Source of the DNA: Vicinamibacteria bacterium
GTDB taxonomy: Bacteria > Acidobacteriota > Vicinamibacteria > Marinacidobacterales > Marinacidobacteraceae
Length of the DNA stretch: 64,000 nt
Assembly (NCBI GenBank): GCA_964291235.2
Contig: OZ219815.1
Span: 64,001 to 128,000, forward strand
Reading direction: 5' to 3'
Below the pieces are notes generated by a model. It made no database searches. It saw only the letters and a list, made by a program, of their open reading frames with translations, and was not told where the DNA came from. Position 1 is the first letter of the stretch, and each line of letters starts with the position of its first letter. A program made the translations under genes and the position numbers. Below are positions 9,031 to 19,172 of this stretch, piece by piece.

Positions 9031-10335
9031 GCGCTTGGCCACCAGGTAGAGCACCGCGCCGGCGCCCGCGGTGGCAAGCCCAAGGAGCGACTCGCCCGGG
9101 CGTTCCAGCAGGGTGTAACCGAGCGTCCAGCCGCTCATGCCGAGGAAGAAGAGCGGGACCAGGGGATAGAGCGGCGTGCGGAATCGGCCCGGGACCGCAT
9201 CCGGGATCTTTCCGGCACGCAGACGGAAGACCCCCGCGACGGCAGCCGCCGTCATCAGGTTCAGGGTGAACCCGGCGTAGAGCAGGATCTGCTCGAAAGT
9301 CCCGGAATAGAGCAGGACCAGCGTAATGAAAAGCTGGAGGACCAGCGCGCGGTGTGGAATACCTCCCGCGCTGGCCTTGCCGAGGGGCCTCAGAAACGGC
9401 TCGTCCTCTCCCATCGCGCGGACTACCCGCGGGCCGAGGAACACCATCGCGCTCACCGTGGAGGCGAGGACGAGGCCCAGCACCGCAGCCATCACGCGTC
9501 CACCGGTGGCGCCCAGGATGCGCTCCGCCGCCAGGTAGCCGATCTCGATCCTCCCGGCCAGTTCCTCGAGTGGGACGGCGCGCAGGATGACCAAGTTGAC
9601 CAGGAAATAGAGAACGGTGACGAGCAGCGTGCCGGACACCAGCGCCCGGGCCAGGCGCTCGGGATGCCTCAGGTCTCCCACGATGTACACCGCTGCGTTC
9701 CAACCGGTGTAGGCGTAGGAAACGAACACCAGGGACACCGCGAATCCCGGGCTCAGCAACAGTTCAAAATCGCCCGGACGGGGAACGATCGGAGTGGAGA
9801 TTCCCCCGGCCCAGAACCCCATGCAGCAGAACGCGATGACCAGCAGAATCTTGGCGGCGGTGAGGGCGTTGTTGATACCGCTTCCCCAGCCGACCGGCAG
9901 CGAGTGGACTGCCGTGAAGGCCACCACCGTCACCGCCGCGAAGTGGACCGGTTCGATCCCCGGGAACAGCGGCTGCAGATAGGTGGCCATCGCCACCGCC
10001 GCGAGCGCGGTCGGCGCCGCAAACCCCATGGTGGCCGAAACGCAGCCGGCGGCGAACCCCGCGGCCGGATGGAAGCTCCGGCGGAGCAGGTTGTATTCCC
10101 CTCCGGAGCGGGGGAGCGCGGCGCCCAGTTCGCCGTAAACGAGCGCCCCGGCGAGCGCGACCAGGCCGCCGACGACCCAGAGGAGCAGCGCCGGGAAGGC
10201 GGAGGGAACCGCCGCGACCTGGAAACCGAGGCTCGTGAAGACCCCGGTCCCGATCATGTTCGCCACCACGAACATGGCGGCGGTCCAGAGGGAGAGGCCG
10301 AGCCCTCGGCCCCGCCCTCCGTTACCGGGGGTCAT
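9028..10335 (-). CDS. APC-family amino acid permease
   Basis: VANMIGTGVF, ELGAALPRSGGEY, YAYTGWN motifs; about 12 TM helices. Confidence 0.92.
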   Translation of the reverse strand: MTPGNGGRGRGLGLSLWTAAMFVVANMIGTGVFTSLGFQVAAVPSAFPALLLWVVGGLVALAGALVYGELGAALPRSGGEYNLLRRSFHPAAGFAAGCVSATMGFAAPTALAAVAMATYLQPLFPGIEPVHFAAVTVVAFTAVHSLPVGWGSGINNALTAAKILLVIAFCCMGFWAGGISTPIVPRPGDFELLLSPGFAVSLVFVSYAYTGWNAAVYIVGDLRHPERLARALVSGTLLVTVLYFLVNLVILRAVPLEELAGRIEIGYLAAERILGATGGRVMAAVLGLVLASTVSAMVFLGPRVVRAMGEDEPFLRPLGKASAGGIPHRALVLQLFITLVLLYSGTFEQILLYAGFTLNLMTAAAVAGVFRLRAGKIPDAVPGRFRTPLYPLVPLFFLGMSGWTLGYTLLERPGESLLGLATAGAGAVLYLVAKR

Positions 10336-10394
10336 ACCCTGGACCAGGGGTCAGACCGGCTCCCGCCCGGCCGCGCCAGCCGCCGATCGACCGG

Positions 10395-10880
10395 TCAGCG
10401 GACCGCGATCATGTCGATTTCAAGGAGCGCGCCGAGCGGGATATCGGCCACCGCCACCGTCGTCCGCACCGGCGGAATCGCACCCTCGGGGAAGTAGGAC
10501 GCGTACACCTCGTTCATGGCTCCGAAATCGTTCACATCGGCGAGAAAGACGCCGCTCCGGACCACGTTCTCGAATCCGAGGCCCGCCTCCTCGAGAACGG
10601 CCTGCAGGTTCTGCATGACCTGGTGCGTCTGCTCGGCGATGCCGCCTTCCACGAGTCCCCCGCCCTCATGGTTCAGGGCGATCTGGCCCGCGAGGAAGAC
10701 GAGATCCCCGTACGCGATCCCCGCGGAATAGGGCCCGACGGGCGGAATACGGCCATCCAGGCGCGATTTCTCGGGCTTCGGCGGCTCTGCGACCTCGACA
10801 TTCACCGGGCCGGAGCAGGAAAGACCGAGGAGCGACGCCATGGCGGCGCCCAGAAGCAAGCGGGAACGGAATGAGCGCAT
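10395..10880 (-). CDS. RidA/Rid family imine deaminase with N-terminal lipoprotein signal
   Basis: PVGPYS, FLAGQI, FGAMNEVY, PVRTTV, LEIDMIA motifs; MRSFRSRLLLGAAMASLLGLSC lipobox-like leader. Confidence 0.88.
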   Translation of the reverse strand: MRSFRSRLLLGAAMASLLGLSCSGPVNVEVAEPPKPEKSRLDGRIPPVGPYSAGIAYGDLVFLAGQIALNHEGGGLVEGGIAEQTHQVMQNLQAVLEEAGLGFENVVRSGVFLADVNDFGAMNEVYASYFPEGAIPPVRTTVAVADIPLGALLEIDMIAVR

Positions 10881-10937
10881 GAAAAGGATCCTCCGGGAGT
10901 GGCGTCGGATAGTACCCGGCGCCTCCGTTCCCTTACG

Positions 10938-11465
10938 ATGGCGCTCATGTGGAAAAGGCCCCAACCCGACGAGTGCGCCGATTACTACCGGAACTACATC
11001 CGCCTGGTGCCGGAAGGCGACGATCTGCCCGCCGCGGCCCTGCGGGAGATGGAAACGCTCCGTTCGGCCCTTTCGGGTGTCTCGGAGGCGGCGTCAGCAA
11101 GCGGCTACGCCCCGGGAAAGTGGTCCATCCGGGAGGTCGTCGGCCACATCGCGGACGTCGAACGGATCATGTCGGTGCGGGCACTGCGCTTCGCGCGGGG
11201 AGACGGAACTTCGCTTCCGGGGATGGAGCAGGATCCGTACGTCGCGAGCTCCGGCCACGGCAAGCGCTCCCTGAGTTCACTTCTCGATGAACTGGAGACG
11301 ATCCGCAACGCGACGGTGAGCCTCCTGCGCTCCTTCGACGGGGACGCGCTGGGGCGCAGCGGGGAGGCGAGCGGCGCCCGCGCCACCGTACGCGCCATCG
11401 CCTTTCTGACCGTGGGGCACGCCATCCATCACCGCAAGGTGCTGCAGGAGCGGTACCTCGAGTAG
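10938..11465 (+). CDS. DinB/YfiT-like protein
   Basis: YAPGKWSIREVVGHIADVER and GHAIHH motifs; start uncertain (10899/10938/10947). Confidence 0.88.
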   Translation: MALMWKRPQPDECADYYRNYIRLVPEGDDLPAAALREMETLRSALSGVSEAASASGYAPGKWSIREVVGHIADVERIMSVRALRFARGDGTSLPGMEQDPYVASSGHGKRSLSSLLDELETIRNATVSLLRSFDGDALGRSGEASGARATVRAIAFLTVGHAIHHRKVLQERYLE

Positions 11466-11500
11466 CCCGTGAACCGGGCTCACGTACATCTGGGCTGACG

Positions 11501-12169
11501 ATGCCCCCGGGACTGTTCGCGGCGCTGGCCGTCACAACCCTGGCGCTTCTCGGGATCGGCGGCCGCTACTACGTTCACGGGGATCTGAACACCATCCATT
11601 CCCTGCTGAGCCTGTTCCTCTCGATCAACCTTCTGATCTGCTACTGGGAGGTGTGTCTGTTCCTCCGTCGCGACCTGGTCGAGACGCGCACCGAACACTG
11701 GCGCGAGTGGAGAAAGAGGACGGGCCGGACCCCGGCCGTCGAATTTCTCGGCGCGAAAGTCCCGCTGGCCCGGCTGCTGTCGCCGACGCTCTGGGCCGAT
11801 GTCTGGGCGGCCTACTCCCTGTACGACGGTTCCTACGCGGACCGCCGCACGTTCGGATTCAACGTGGATATCGTCAATGGATTTCTTACTCCGGCTCCGA
11901 CGCTGATCGTGTACGCGGCCTATACGATCGATCTGCTGCCCGCCGTCTTCACGGGAATCGTCGGCGCCATCCTGTTCTGGCAACTGATGTACGGGGCGTC
12001 GGTCTACTGGATCAGCTTCTTCGTGGCCCGGCGGCAGACGCGGATCAGCCGGCGCGAGTTCCACATCTTCATCGGCGCGCCGAATACCGTCTGGATCCTC
12101 GGCCCGCTGCTGGGTCTGTACGTCTCCGTCCGGCTGATCGTGGACGGCAACTACAGCGTGCTGGGTTAG
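11501..12169 (+). CDS. Integral membrane protein, EXPERA/EBP-like
   Basis: About 5 TM helices with W-x-x-Y-x-x-x-D-x-x-Y (VWAAYSLYDGSYAD), D-x-x-NG and late N-x-x-W motifs reminiscent of EXPERA proteins. Confidence 0.6.
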   Translation: MPPGLFAALAVTTLALLGIGGRYYVHGDLNTIHSLLSLFLSINLLICYWEVCLFLRRDLVETRTEHWREWRKRTGRTPAVEFLGAKVPLARLLSPTLWADVWAAYSLYDGSYADRRTFGFNVDIVNGFLTPAPTLIVYAAYTIDLLPAVFTGIVGAILFWQLMYGASVYWISFFVARRQTRISRREFHIFIGAPNTVWILGPLLGLYVSVRLIVDGNYSVLG

Positions 12170-12212
12170 AGACGCGCAGCAGCGGCGCAGGACCCCCCAC
12201 CGGGAGAACTGG

Positions 12213-12235
12213 GCCGGCCTCCGGCCGGCGCTCCT
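12213..12235. repeat. REP-like palindrome
   Basis: GCCGGCCTCCGGCCGGCGCTCCT between convergent genes. Confidence 0.7.
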
Positions 12236-12239
12236 GCCG

Positions 12240-13478
12240 CTAACGCTCGTGCCGTTCCGGCGACGGGTGGCCCGAACTGGCGAGGGCGGCGGTCAGGGAG
12301 ACCGCTCCCAGCGCGACGCAGGCGAACGCGACTTCCCGAAACCCGAACTGCGTCATGAGGAATCCCGAGGTCACGCAGGCGACTCCGGCGCCCAACCAGT
12401 TCAGCGCGTCGGCGAGACTCTGGCGGCGCACCTTGGCCGGGGAATCCGGCCCCTCGGAAATCAGGGTGCTGGCCGCCACGAAGGCGAGACACCAGCCGAG
12501 GCCCACCAGGAAGAGCGCCACCCCGAGTTCGAGTTCCACCCCGCGGCCGGGGCCGAACGCGGCGAGCAGGCCCGCCCCCACCAGCGTCGCGCCTCCGAGC
12601 GCGATGATGGGACGTTCCCCGAAGCGGTCGCACAGCACCCCGACCACCGGTGAGAGGGCGAACATGCCCAGGTTGTGGGCGCCCATCATCGCCCCCAGTC
12701 CGGCCAGGGAACCGCCGCTTCCCATCATCTGGAGCGGCGCCATCGTCATGAGGATCATCATTCCGGCCTGCGCCGAGATCAGCGAAACGACAGCGAGCGC
12801 GAAGGTCCGCCCCAAAGCCGGCGTTTCGGAGGGGGGAGGCGCTTCGACGCGTTCCACCGCGGCGCTCCGAATCCCCAGCGAGCGCCGCGCCCGGAGCGAG
12901 CGGCTCTTCAGGAACAACACCCCTCCCGACCCGTAGAGGACGGCGGCGCACAGGTAGGCGAGCGCGAACGCTTCCCCCCCACTGCCCCCGGCGACGCGTT
13001 CGATCCAGCGAAAGAGGACGGGCGCCACGAAGGCGCCGGCCACCGCGACCCAGACCACGAGTCCGATCGCCCGCCCGCTCCGGCTGGGTGGAACCAGCAG
13101 CGCCGCGGTATAGCGGGTCAGGTGATAGGCGGCGTAGCCGCAGCCGAGCACCAGGCTCGTGGCGAAGTGGACCACGAAACCCGCCTCCGACCACGCCGAG
13201 AGCGCCAGCCCCACCGCGGCAAAACCCGCCAGGGTGAGCCCCAGTCCCAGTGAAAAGGGCCTTCCCCGGCGGGAGAAGAGCCAGGTCAGGAGAGGCGTTC
13301 CCGCCGCCACTCCCAGAATCAGGGCGGCGTTCGGGAGGCCGATCCAGGCCGAGTCCGGGAGATATCTCCGGGAGAGGAGCGGCGTGATCGAAAGAACCAG
13401 CAGATAGGCGGTCGAAGCGAACATGGCGCCGGTGAGCAGGACGCCAAAGGCCCGCGCCGGCCGCTTCCTTCCCACCAC
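12240..13478 (-). CDS. MFS transporter
   Basis: 12 TM pattern; GVLCDRFGERP motif A in the second half. Confidence 0.88.
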   Translation of the reverse strand: MVGRKRPARAFGVLLTGAMFASTAYLLVLSITPLLSRRYLPDSAWIGLPNAALILGVAAGTPLLTWLFSRRGRPFSLGLGLTLAGFAAVGLALSAWSEAGFVVHFATSLVLGCGYAAYHLTRYTAALLVPPSRSGRAIGLVVWVAVAGAFVAPVLFRWIERVAGGSGGEAFALAYLCAAVLYGSGGVLFLKSRSLRARRSLGIRSAAVERVEAPPPSETPALGRTFALAVVSLISAQAGMMILMTMAPLQMMGSGGSLAGLGAMMGAHNLGMFALSPVVGVLCDRFGERPIIALGGATLVGAGLLAAFGPGRGVELELGVALFLVGLGWCLAFVAASTLISEGPDSPAKVRRQSLADALNWLGAGVACVTSGFLMTQFGFREVAFACVALGAVSLTAALASSGHPSPERHER

Positions 13479-13615
13479 CGACTGTGAACTACCTCTGGTG
13501 AAACCCCGAAGGGGCGTGATTCACGCCACCAACCCGTGGGGAAAGCGCCCCGCACGCAGGCAAACCGCCAGATTCGGAGTCCGGGAGGTCCCGGGGATCG
13601 TGCGAGGCGCGCTCA

Positions 13616-14797
13616 CTACGGGCTGCTTTGGGAGGGATCCCGCAGACGGGCGTCCAGATCCGAGAGAGCCCGGCGAACGTCGAGCGCCAGGCTCCGGCCG
13701 GTGGCGAGCGCCTCGCGGTCCGTTTCGGACAAACCGAGTTCCTCGGCCCACGCCTGAAGTTCCGCGACCGCGTCGTCCTCGGGACCGACCCGCCAGGCCC
13801 CCTCCACGAGGCGCAGCTCGTGAAGCTCCGCCATCCCGGCCGCCTGAACGCGCTCGCGGTAGGAAAGCACCTCGGGCAGCACGAAATCGTCGAGCGTCCC
13901 CACCACCTCGATGACCGGCCGCAGAAGGGACGGGGGGGGCGCCGGCAACACCGGGCTCGGCACCGCGGCCACGGCGTCGTAAAAGGGCCAGAACCGGCTC
14001 CCCTCGGAGCCAACTCCGGCAGCCGACGCGTAGGCGGCAAGGCCGGTCTCGGAAGCCTCCCGGTCCGCCGCGAGGGCGAGCCGGGCCTCGCGCCGACGGG
14101 CCGCTCCCTCGGGATCCCCCAGGGTGGCGGCGATCAGCACCACGCCCGCGAAAGTCTCCTCCGGAGCGGCGGCGGCGTGCCGCGCGAGTCCGCCCCCCTC
14201 TCCATAGCCGAGGAGAATCGTCCGCTCGGGGTCCATCGCGAGGCGCGGCCGGATCTGCTCGAACATCAGCCGGGCGAAGGCCTCGGTGAGCCGGTACCCG
14301 TCCGGCCCCGCCCCGAGCCCGGCACGGTCGAAGCTCGCCCAGGCGAACCCCTGGTCGAGCGCCCACCAGCCCACCAGGTCGTCGAGTTCCGTTTCGCCGC
14401 TCCCGAGTTCGGCGCCGTCCGGGCCGCGCCGGATGCCTCCGAGACCGCGATGGGCGCCAATGACCAGGGCGCCGTTCCAGTCGGGGAAACGAAGGGGATG
14501 CCGGAGGACGAAGCGGCGCGGCGGCTCACCCGGCGGCAGTCCCCGGCCGGGCGGTACCGAAGCGAGGTATCCCTGGGTGATCAGCGCATCGCCGTAAGCG
14601 CGACCGGGGAGCAGGGTCTCGCGGCCCCCGTGGATGTAGAGATAGAGGCGAGCGTCGCAGGAGATCCCGAGCGCGGCGGCCAGCAGGACGGCCGACAGGA
14701 CGCCGCGAGAAAACCCCCGCCGCGGGCGGAAAAAAGAAAACCGCCGCCGGCGGAAAAGAAAAAGCCCCGGGATCCCTGGGCGGCCGCTAGGCCTCAT
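13616..14797 (-). CDS. Exported alpha/beta-hydrolase-fold protein, probably lacking the catalytic Ser
   Basis: Lipobox-like LGISC, WNGALVIGAH, GFAWASFD, elbow GYGEGG, VVGTLDD; true start probably downstream of 14797. Confidence 0.6.
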   Translation of the reverse strand: MRPSGRPGIPGLFLFRRRRFSFFRPRRGFSRGVLSAVLLAAALGISCDARLYLYIHGGRETLLPGRAYGDALITQGYLASVPPGRGLPPGEPPRRFVLRHPLRFPDWNGALVIGAHRGLGGIRRGPDGAELGSGETELDDLVGWWALDQGFAWASFDRAGLGAGPDGYRLTEAFARLMFEQIRPRLAMDPERTILLGYGEGGGLARHAAAAPEETFAGVVLIAATLGDPEGAARRREARLALAADREASETGLAAYASAAGVGSEGSRFWPFYDAVAAVPSPVLPAPPPSLLRPVIEVVGTLDDFVLPEVLSYRERVQAAGMAELHELRLVEGAWRVGPEDDAVAELQAWAEELGLSETDREALATGRSLALDVRRALSDLDARLRDPSQSSP

Positions 14798-15105
14798 CGC
14801 AGCGCGGAGCCGTGGGGGCGGGCGCTTTCTGCGCCCCGGCCCATTCCGACCGGCCTCGCTTCTGCCGTCAGTGGTCAGGATCCCGGGAACTCGTCCGGTG
14901 AGATCCGTGCCCCGGCGTGGTCCGAAAAGATCGCTCCAGACCCTTCCGGAACCCCTGCCGGGGCCCGGAACAGGAAGTCGTCCGGCGGTGCGGTCATTTC
15001 CGACCCCCTTTCCGAAACTGAGTCGATGACGGTATCTGCTTTGTACCGCCGCTGGCGCGGTATGTCAACCCCGCGCCTGCCCGCGCGCCTCATCCGGCGC
15101 CGCCG

Positions 15106-16935
15106 TTACTCGCCGGAGAGGCTCCCGTGCACGACCTCCCCCTCGACCATGGTGGCGAGGATGCGCTCGCGCATGGTGAAGAGCATTTCGGGGTCTTCCT
15201 CGAGGGCGTCGAGTCCTGCAAGGTCCAGCACCACGAGATCGGCCAGCTTCCCCGGTTCCAGACTCCCCCGCTCACCGTCGTCATGGGTGAGGTAGGCGCC
15301 GTTCCAGGTGTAGGAACGAAGCGCTTCCGCGACGGTGACCGTCTCGTCCTCGCCGTGCGCGACTCCCGATTTCTGGTCCTTGCGGGTGAGCAGGGCATAA
15401 AAGCCCATCCACGGGTTGTGGGTGGTCACGCCGTAGTCGGAACCCGAAGCCATGATCACCCCGCCCCGCATGTAGCTGCGGAACGGCTGGAGCCGCGCCA
15501 TCCGCGCCGGACCGGAGTTCGCGGCGAAAGAAAAGCCCTGCTGCCAGTTGAAGACCGGGTTGGTGGAGGCGACGATGCCGTAGCGGGCCATATCGTCGAG
15601 CACCCGCGTCTTCGGCTCGATGGGGAAGTAGGCGTGGATGACGCTCCAGCGGAGGTCCGGGAGCTCGCCGCGCTCCTGCTGCATTTCGTCAAGCAGCTTC
15701 ATGTAGAGATCCACGGTCTGGCGCATCGCCTGGTCGCCGCAACTGTGGGTGTGGAGATCCCAGCCGTGGCTCCGGATGGCGCGGTACTGCGCCTCGCGCT
15801 CCGGGTAGCTTTCGACCACCGGGTTGCCGAGATTCCGCTCGCCCTCCAGTTCGTCCCACATGTGGAACGGCTCCGACATCCAGGCGCTCCGGGTTCCCAC
15901 CCCGCCATCGCCGTACACCTTCACGCCCCGCCAGCGAAGGAAGCGGTCCCCCAGGTTGTTGACCTTGATGCCGTCGAGGTGGGAGGAGATGGCCTCGGGC
16001 GCGTGACGATTGAACGTGCCCTCGTACACCGCGGCGATCCGGAGCCGCAGGTGGCCGCGGTTCGCGGCCTCCTGATAGACCCGCATGTTGTGCCCCATGC
16101 GGGAAGAGGGATCCACAATGGAAGTGACGCCCAGCGCGAGCATTTCCCCGACTCCCAGCCGGACGCTCTCCACGTCGTCCTCGAAGTCGTCCGGAGGGGG
16201 ACGCTCCGTCACCAGGCGTGAAGCCTGCGAGCCGAGAAAGACGCCGGTCGGAATTTCCCGGGCGACGGATTCGCCGTCCACCATCAGTTCGCGTTCCTCG
16301 CGCAGGATCTGATCCTCGAAGGTGAAGTGGTCCGGGTCTTCGAGCCACCACGCGGGCCAGGTCGACGAATCGCCGTCCTCGATGCCCATCCGCAGGAAGA
16401 CCTCGGTGTTCACCGCGACCCCGCGGTACACGCGGTACAGCGCCACCGGGTTCTCCGGCGCCGCCTCGTCGAGCTGCCAGCGGGTGACCATCTGCGGGTA
16501 CTTGAACTGGTCCCAGCGGCGGCCGACGACCCATTCGCCGGCGGGGATCCGGCTCTCCGCGATCCGGTCGCCCACCCCGGCCACGATGTCTTGGGCCGAC
16601 TCGGCGTAGCTGAGTTCCACCCCGGTCGTGATGTCACGGCCGAGCGACAGGAAGTGGATGTGCGAGTCCTGGATGCCGGGGATCACCGTCTTGCCGGAGA
16701 GGTCCACCGTCCGGGTACGGGAACCGGCGAGCGCGGCGACCTCCGAGGCGGATCCCACCGCCACGATGCGGCCGTCCTTGATGGCGACGGCTTCCGCGAG
16801 CGAGTCCTCGCCATCGACGGTCCGGACCTCGGCTCCGGTGAGCACCAGATCGGGCTCGGGGTACCACTGGGCGGCGGCAATCGCCGGCGCGAAGAGGAGG
16901 ACCGAGCCACTGAAGAACGAACGGAGCTTGCGCAT
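15106..16935 (-). CDS. Amidohydrolase family 3 (YtcJ-like), exported
   Basis: PGIQDSHIH, VKVYGDG, HSCGD, GSDY, GSLEPGKLADLVVL; signal peptide. Confidence 0.9.
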   Translation of the reverse strand: MRKLRSFFSGSVLLFAPAIAAAQWYPEPDLVLTGAEVRTVDGEDSLAEAVAIKDGRIVAVGSASEVAALAGSRTRTVDLSGKTVIPGIQDSHIHFLSLGRDITTGVELSYAESAQDIVAGVGDRIAESRIPAGEWVVGRRWDQFKYPQMVTRWQLDEAAPENPVALYRVYRGVAVNTEVFLRMGIEDGDSSTWPAWWLEDPDHFTFEDQILREERELMVDGESVAREIPTGVFLGSQASRLVTERPPPDDFEDDVESVRLGVGEMLALGVTSIVDPSSRMGHNMRVYQEAANRGHLRLRIAAVYEGTFNRHAPEAISSHLDGIKVNNLGDRFLRWRGVKVYGDGGVGTRSAWMSEPFHMWDELEGERNLGNPVVESYPEREAQYRAIRSHGWDLHTHSCGDQAMRQTVDLYMKLLDEMQQERGELPDLRWSVIHAYFPIEPKTRVLDDMARYGIVASTNPVFNWQQGFSFAANSGPARMARLQPFRSYMRGGVIMASGSDYGVTTHNPWMGFYALLTRKDQKSGVAHGEDETVTVAEALRSYTWNGAYLTHDDGERGSLEPGKLADLVVLDLAGLDALEEDPEMLFTMRERILATMVEGEVVHGSLSGE

Positions 16936-16997
16936 AGTGCGGACTCTAACGAGGACGGCCGGCCTCGTTACGCTTCCGGGTTCCACGGAGGAATCCC

Positions 16998-18728
16998 ATG
17001 CGTCTCCTGTCTCGTCTCGCTCTCCTGGCCGCGCCGGCCCTGGCGCTCGGTTGCGGCCCGCAGCCGCCGGACATCGGCGGCCCCGCCGACCTGGTGCTGC
17101 TCGGGGGCCGGGTGGTCACGGTGGACCCCGCGCATCCGGAGGCGGAGGCGGTAGCGGTCCGGAACGGGAAGATCGCCGCGGTGGGCACGACCGCGGAGAT
17201 CGAGGCGACCGCGGGCCCGGACACCGAGGTCATCGAACTCGACGGCCGCCTGGCGATCCCGGGGTTCATCGAGGGCCACGGCCACTTCATGGGCGTTGGC
17301 GACGCCCAGATGATCCTCAAGCTCGGTGAAGCCGACAACTGGAACCGGATCGTGGACATGGTGGCCGAAGCAGTGGCGGAAGCGCCGCCGGGTGGCTGGA
17401 TCGAAGGACGCGGTTGGCACCAGGAGAAGTGGGACGAGATCCCGGGAGGAGCGGTCGAAGGACTGCCGCACCACCTCGGCCTGTCCGAGATTTCTCCCGA
17501 ACACCCGGTGCTCCTCCGCCACGCGAGCGGTCACGCCGCATTCGCGAACGCGCTCGCCATGGAACTGGCCGGGATCGATCGGAACACCCCGGATCCGCCG
17601 GGCGGCACCATCATCAAAGACGCCGACGGCAACCCCACCGGGGCGCTCCGGGAAACCGCGCAGCGCCTCGTCGCCCGGGCGCGTGACCGCGCGCTGGCGG
17701 AGCGGACCGAGGAAGAGATCCGGGCCGAACTGGAACTTCAGCTTGAACTCGCCGCCGAGGAGTCGCTGCGGAAGGGCGTGACCTCCTTCCAGGACGCGGG
17801 TTCCTCCTTCGCGTTGATCGACTTCTTCCGTGAAATGGCCGAAGCCGGGCGCCTCCCGATCCGGCTCTACGTGATGGTCCGGGGCCAATCCAATGAAGAT
17901 CTGGATGCCCGGCTGCCCGACTACCTGATGACGGGCCACGCGGACGGTCTCCTCACCGTTCGCTCCATCAAGCGGCAGGTGGACGGCGCCCTCGGCGCCC
18001 ACGGCGCCTGGCTCCTCGAGCCCTACGACGACATGCCGTCCAGCGACGGGCTGATGATCGAGGAAGTCGAAGACATCGAGGAGACCGCACGCATCGCCAT
18101 TCGCCACGGATTCCAGGTGAACACCCATGCCATCGGCGACCGGGGCAACCGCGAGATCCTGGATGCCTACGAGCGGGCCTTTGCCGCGGCGGGGGTGGAC
18201 GGCGCGGACCTCCGGTTCCGCATCGAACACTCCCAGCACATTCACCCGGACGACATCCCGCGGTTCGGCGAACTCGGGGTGATCGCTTCCATGCAGGGGG
18301 TCCACGCCACCTCGGACGGCCCCTGGGTGCCGGAGAAACTTGGCGACGAGCGGGCCCGGACGGGCGCCTACGTCTGGCGCTCGCTGCTCGACACCGGGGC
18401 GGTGGTAACCAACGGGACCGACGCTCCGGTCGAGGACGTGGATCCCATCCCCAGCTACTTCGCAACCGTGACCCGGGAACTGCCGGACGGAACGCGGTTC
18501 TATCCCGAAGAAGCCCTGACCCGCGAGGAAGCGCTCTATTCCTACACGATGGCGGCCGCCTGGTCGGCGTTCGAGGAGGACGTCAAGGGAAGCCTCTCGC
18601 CGGGGAAGTACGCCGACATCGTCGTCCTCAGCAGGGACATCCTCACCGTGCCGGAGGAGGAGATCCTGGACGCCGAAGTGGCCATGACCATCGTGGGCGG
18701 GAAGGTCGCGTACCGCGCCGGGGAGTGA
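16998..18728 (+). CDS. Amidohydrolase family 3 (YtcJ-like) lipoprotein
   Basis: LALGC lipobox; PGFIEGHGH, HAIGD, RIEHSQ, GTDAP, GSLSPGKYAD. Confidence 0.92.
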   Translation: MRLLSRLALLAAPALALGCGPQPPDIGGPADLVLLGGRVVTVDPAHPEAEAVAVRNGKIAAVGTTAEIEATAGPDTEVIELDGRLAIPGFIEGHGHFMGVGDAQMILKLGEADNWNRIVDMVAEAVAEAPPGGWIEGRGWHQEKWDEIPGGAVEGLPHHLGLSEISPEHPVLLRHASGHAAFANALAMELAGIDRNTPDPPGGTIIKDADGNPTGALRETAQRLVARARDRALAERTEEEIRAELELQLELAAEESLRKGVTSFQDAGSSFALIDFFREMAEAGRLPIRLYVMVRGQSNEDLDARLPDYLMTGHADGLLTVRSIKRQVDGALGAHGAWLLEPYDDMPSSDGLMIEEVEDIEETARIAIRHGFQVNTHAIGDRGNREILDAYERAFAAAGVDGADLRFRIEHSQHIHPDDIPRFGELGVIASMQGVHATSDGPWVPEKLGDERARTGAYVWRSLLDTGAVVTNGTDAPVEDVDPIPSYFATVTRELPDGTRFYPEEALTREEALYSYTMAAAWSAFEEDVKGSLSPGKYADIVVLSRDILTVPEEEILDAEVAMTIVGGKVAYRAGE

Positions 18729-19159
18729 TGGCGCCGACGAAGCGTGAAACGAACCTCGTCCGGGTCGGCGTTTACGGCACGCTGAAGCGCGGGCACGCGA
18801 ACCACGAGGCATTCCTCGGCGCCAGCGTGCTCGTCGGGGCCGGCGCGGTCCGGATTCCGTATCGCCTGTTCGGAAACCGGGAATACCCGATGCTGGTTCC
18901 TGCAGGCGAGCGCAACCCGGTCGTCGTGGAGACCTACCGGGTGGACACCCGGACCGTCGCCCGGCTCGACGCCTTCGAAGGACAGTTCGGCTACCGGCGG
19001 GTGGAAGTCGTCCCGGAAGGCGAGACCGAATCCCTCGCGCTCTACGTCCACCCCGGCCCGCCACCGTCCGATTTCGTCCCCGCCCCGGGTGGCGACTGGA
19101 ACGGGGAACCGGATGCGTTCGCGGGCGCGCTCGCCCGGGTTCGCTCCCGGGACCGATAG
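18728..19159 (+). CDS. Gamma-glutamylcyclotransferase (AIG2-like)
   Basis: VYGTLKRG motif and LDAFEG catalytic Glu. Confidence 0.88.
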   Translation: MAPTKRETNLVRVGVYGTLKRGHANHEAFLGASVLVGAGAVRIPYRLFGNREYPMLVPAGERNPVVVETYRVDTRTVARLDAFEGQFGYRRVEVVPEGETESLALYVHPGPPPSDFVPAPGGDWNGEPDAFAGALARVRSRDR

Positions 19160-19172
19160 CATCCGGCGCCCT

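Noticed and set aside
14875-15093. 72-aa minus-strand ORF
   Set aside because: No recognisable motif or convincing RBS; cannot be supported.
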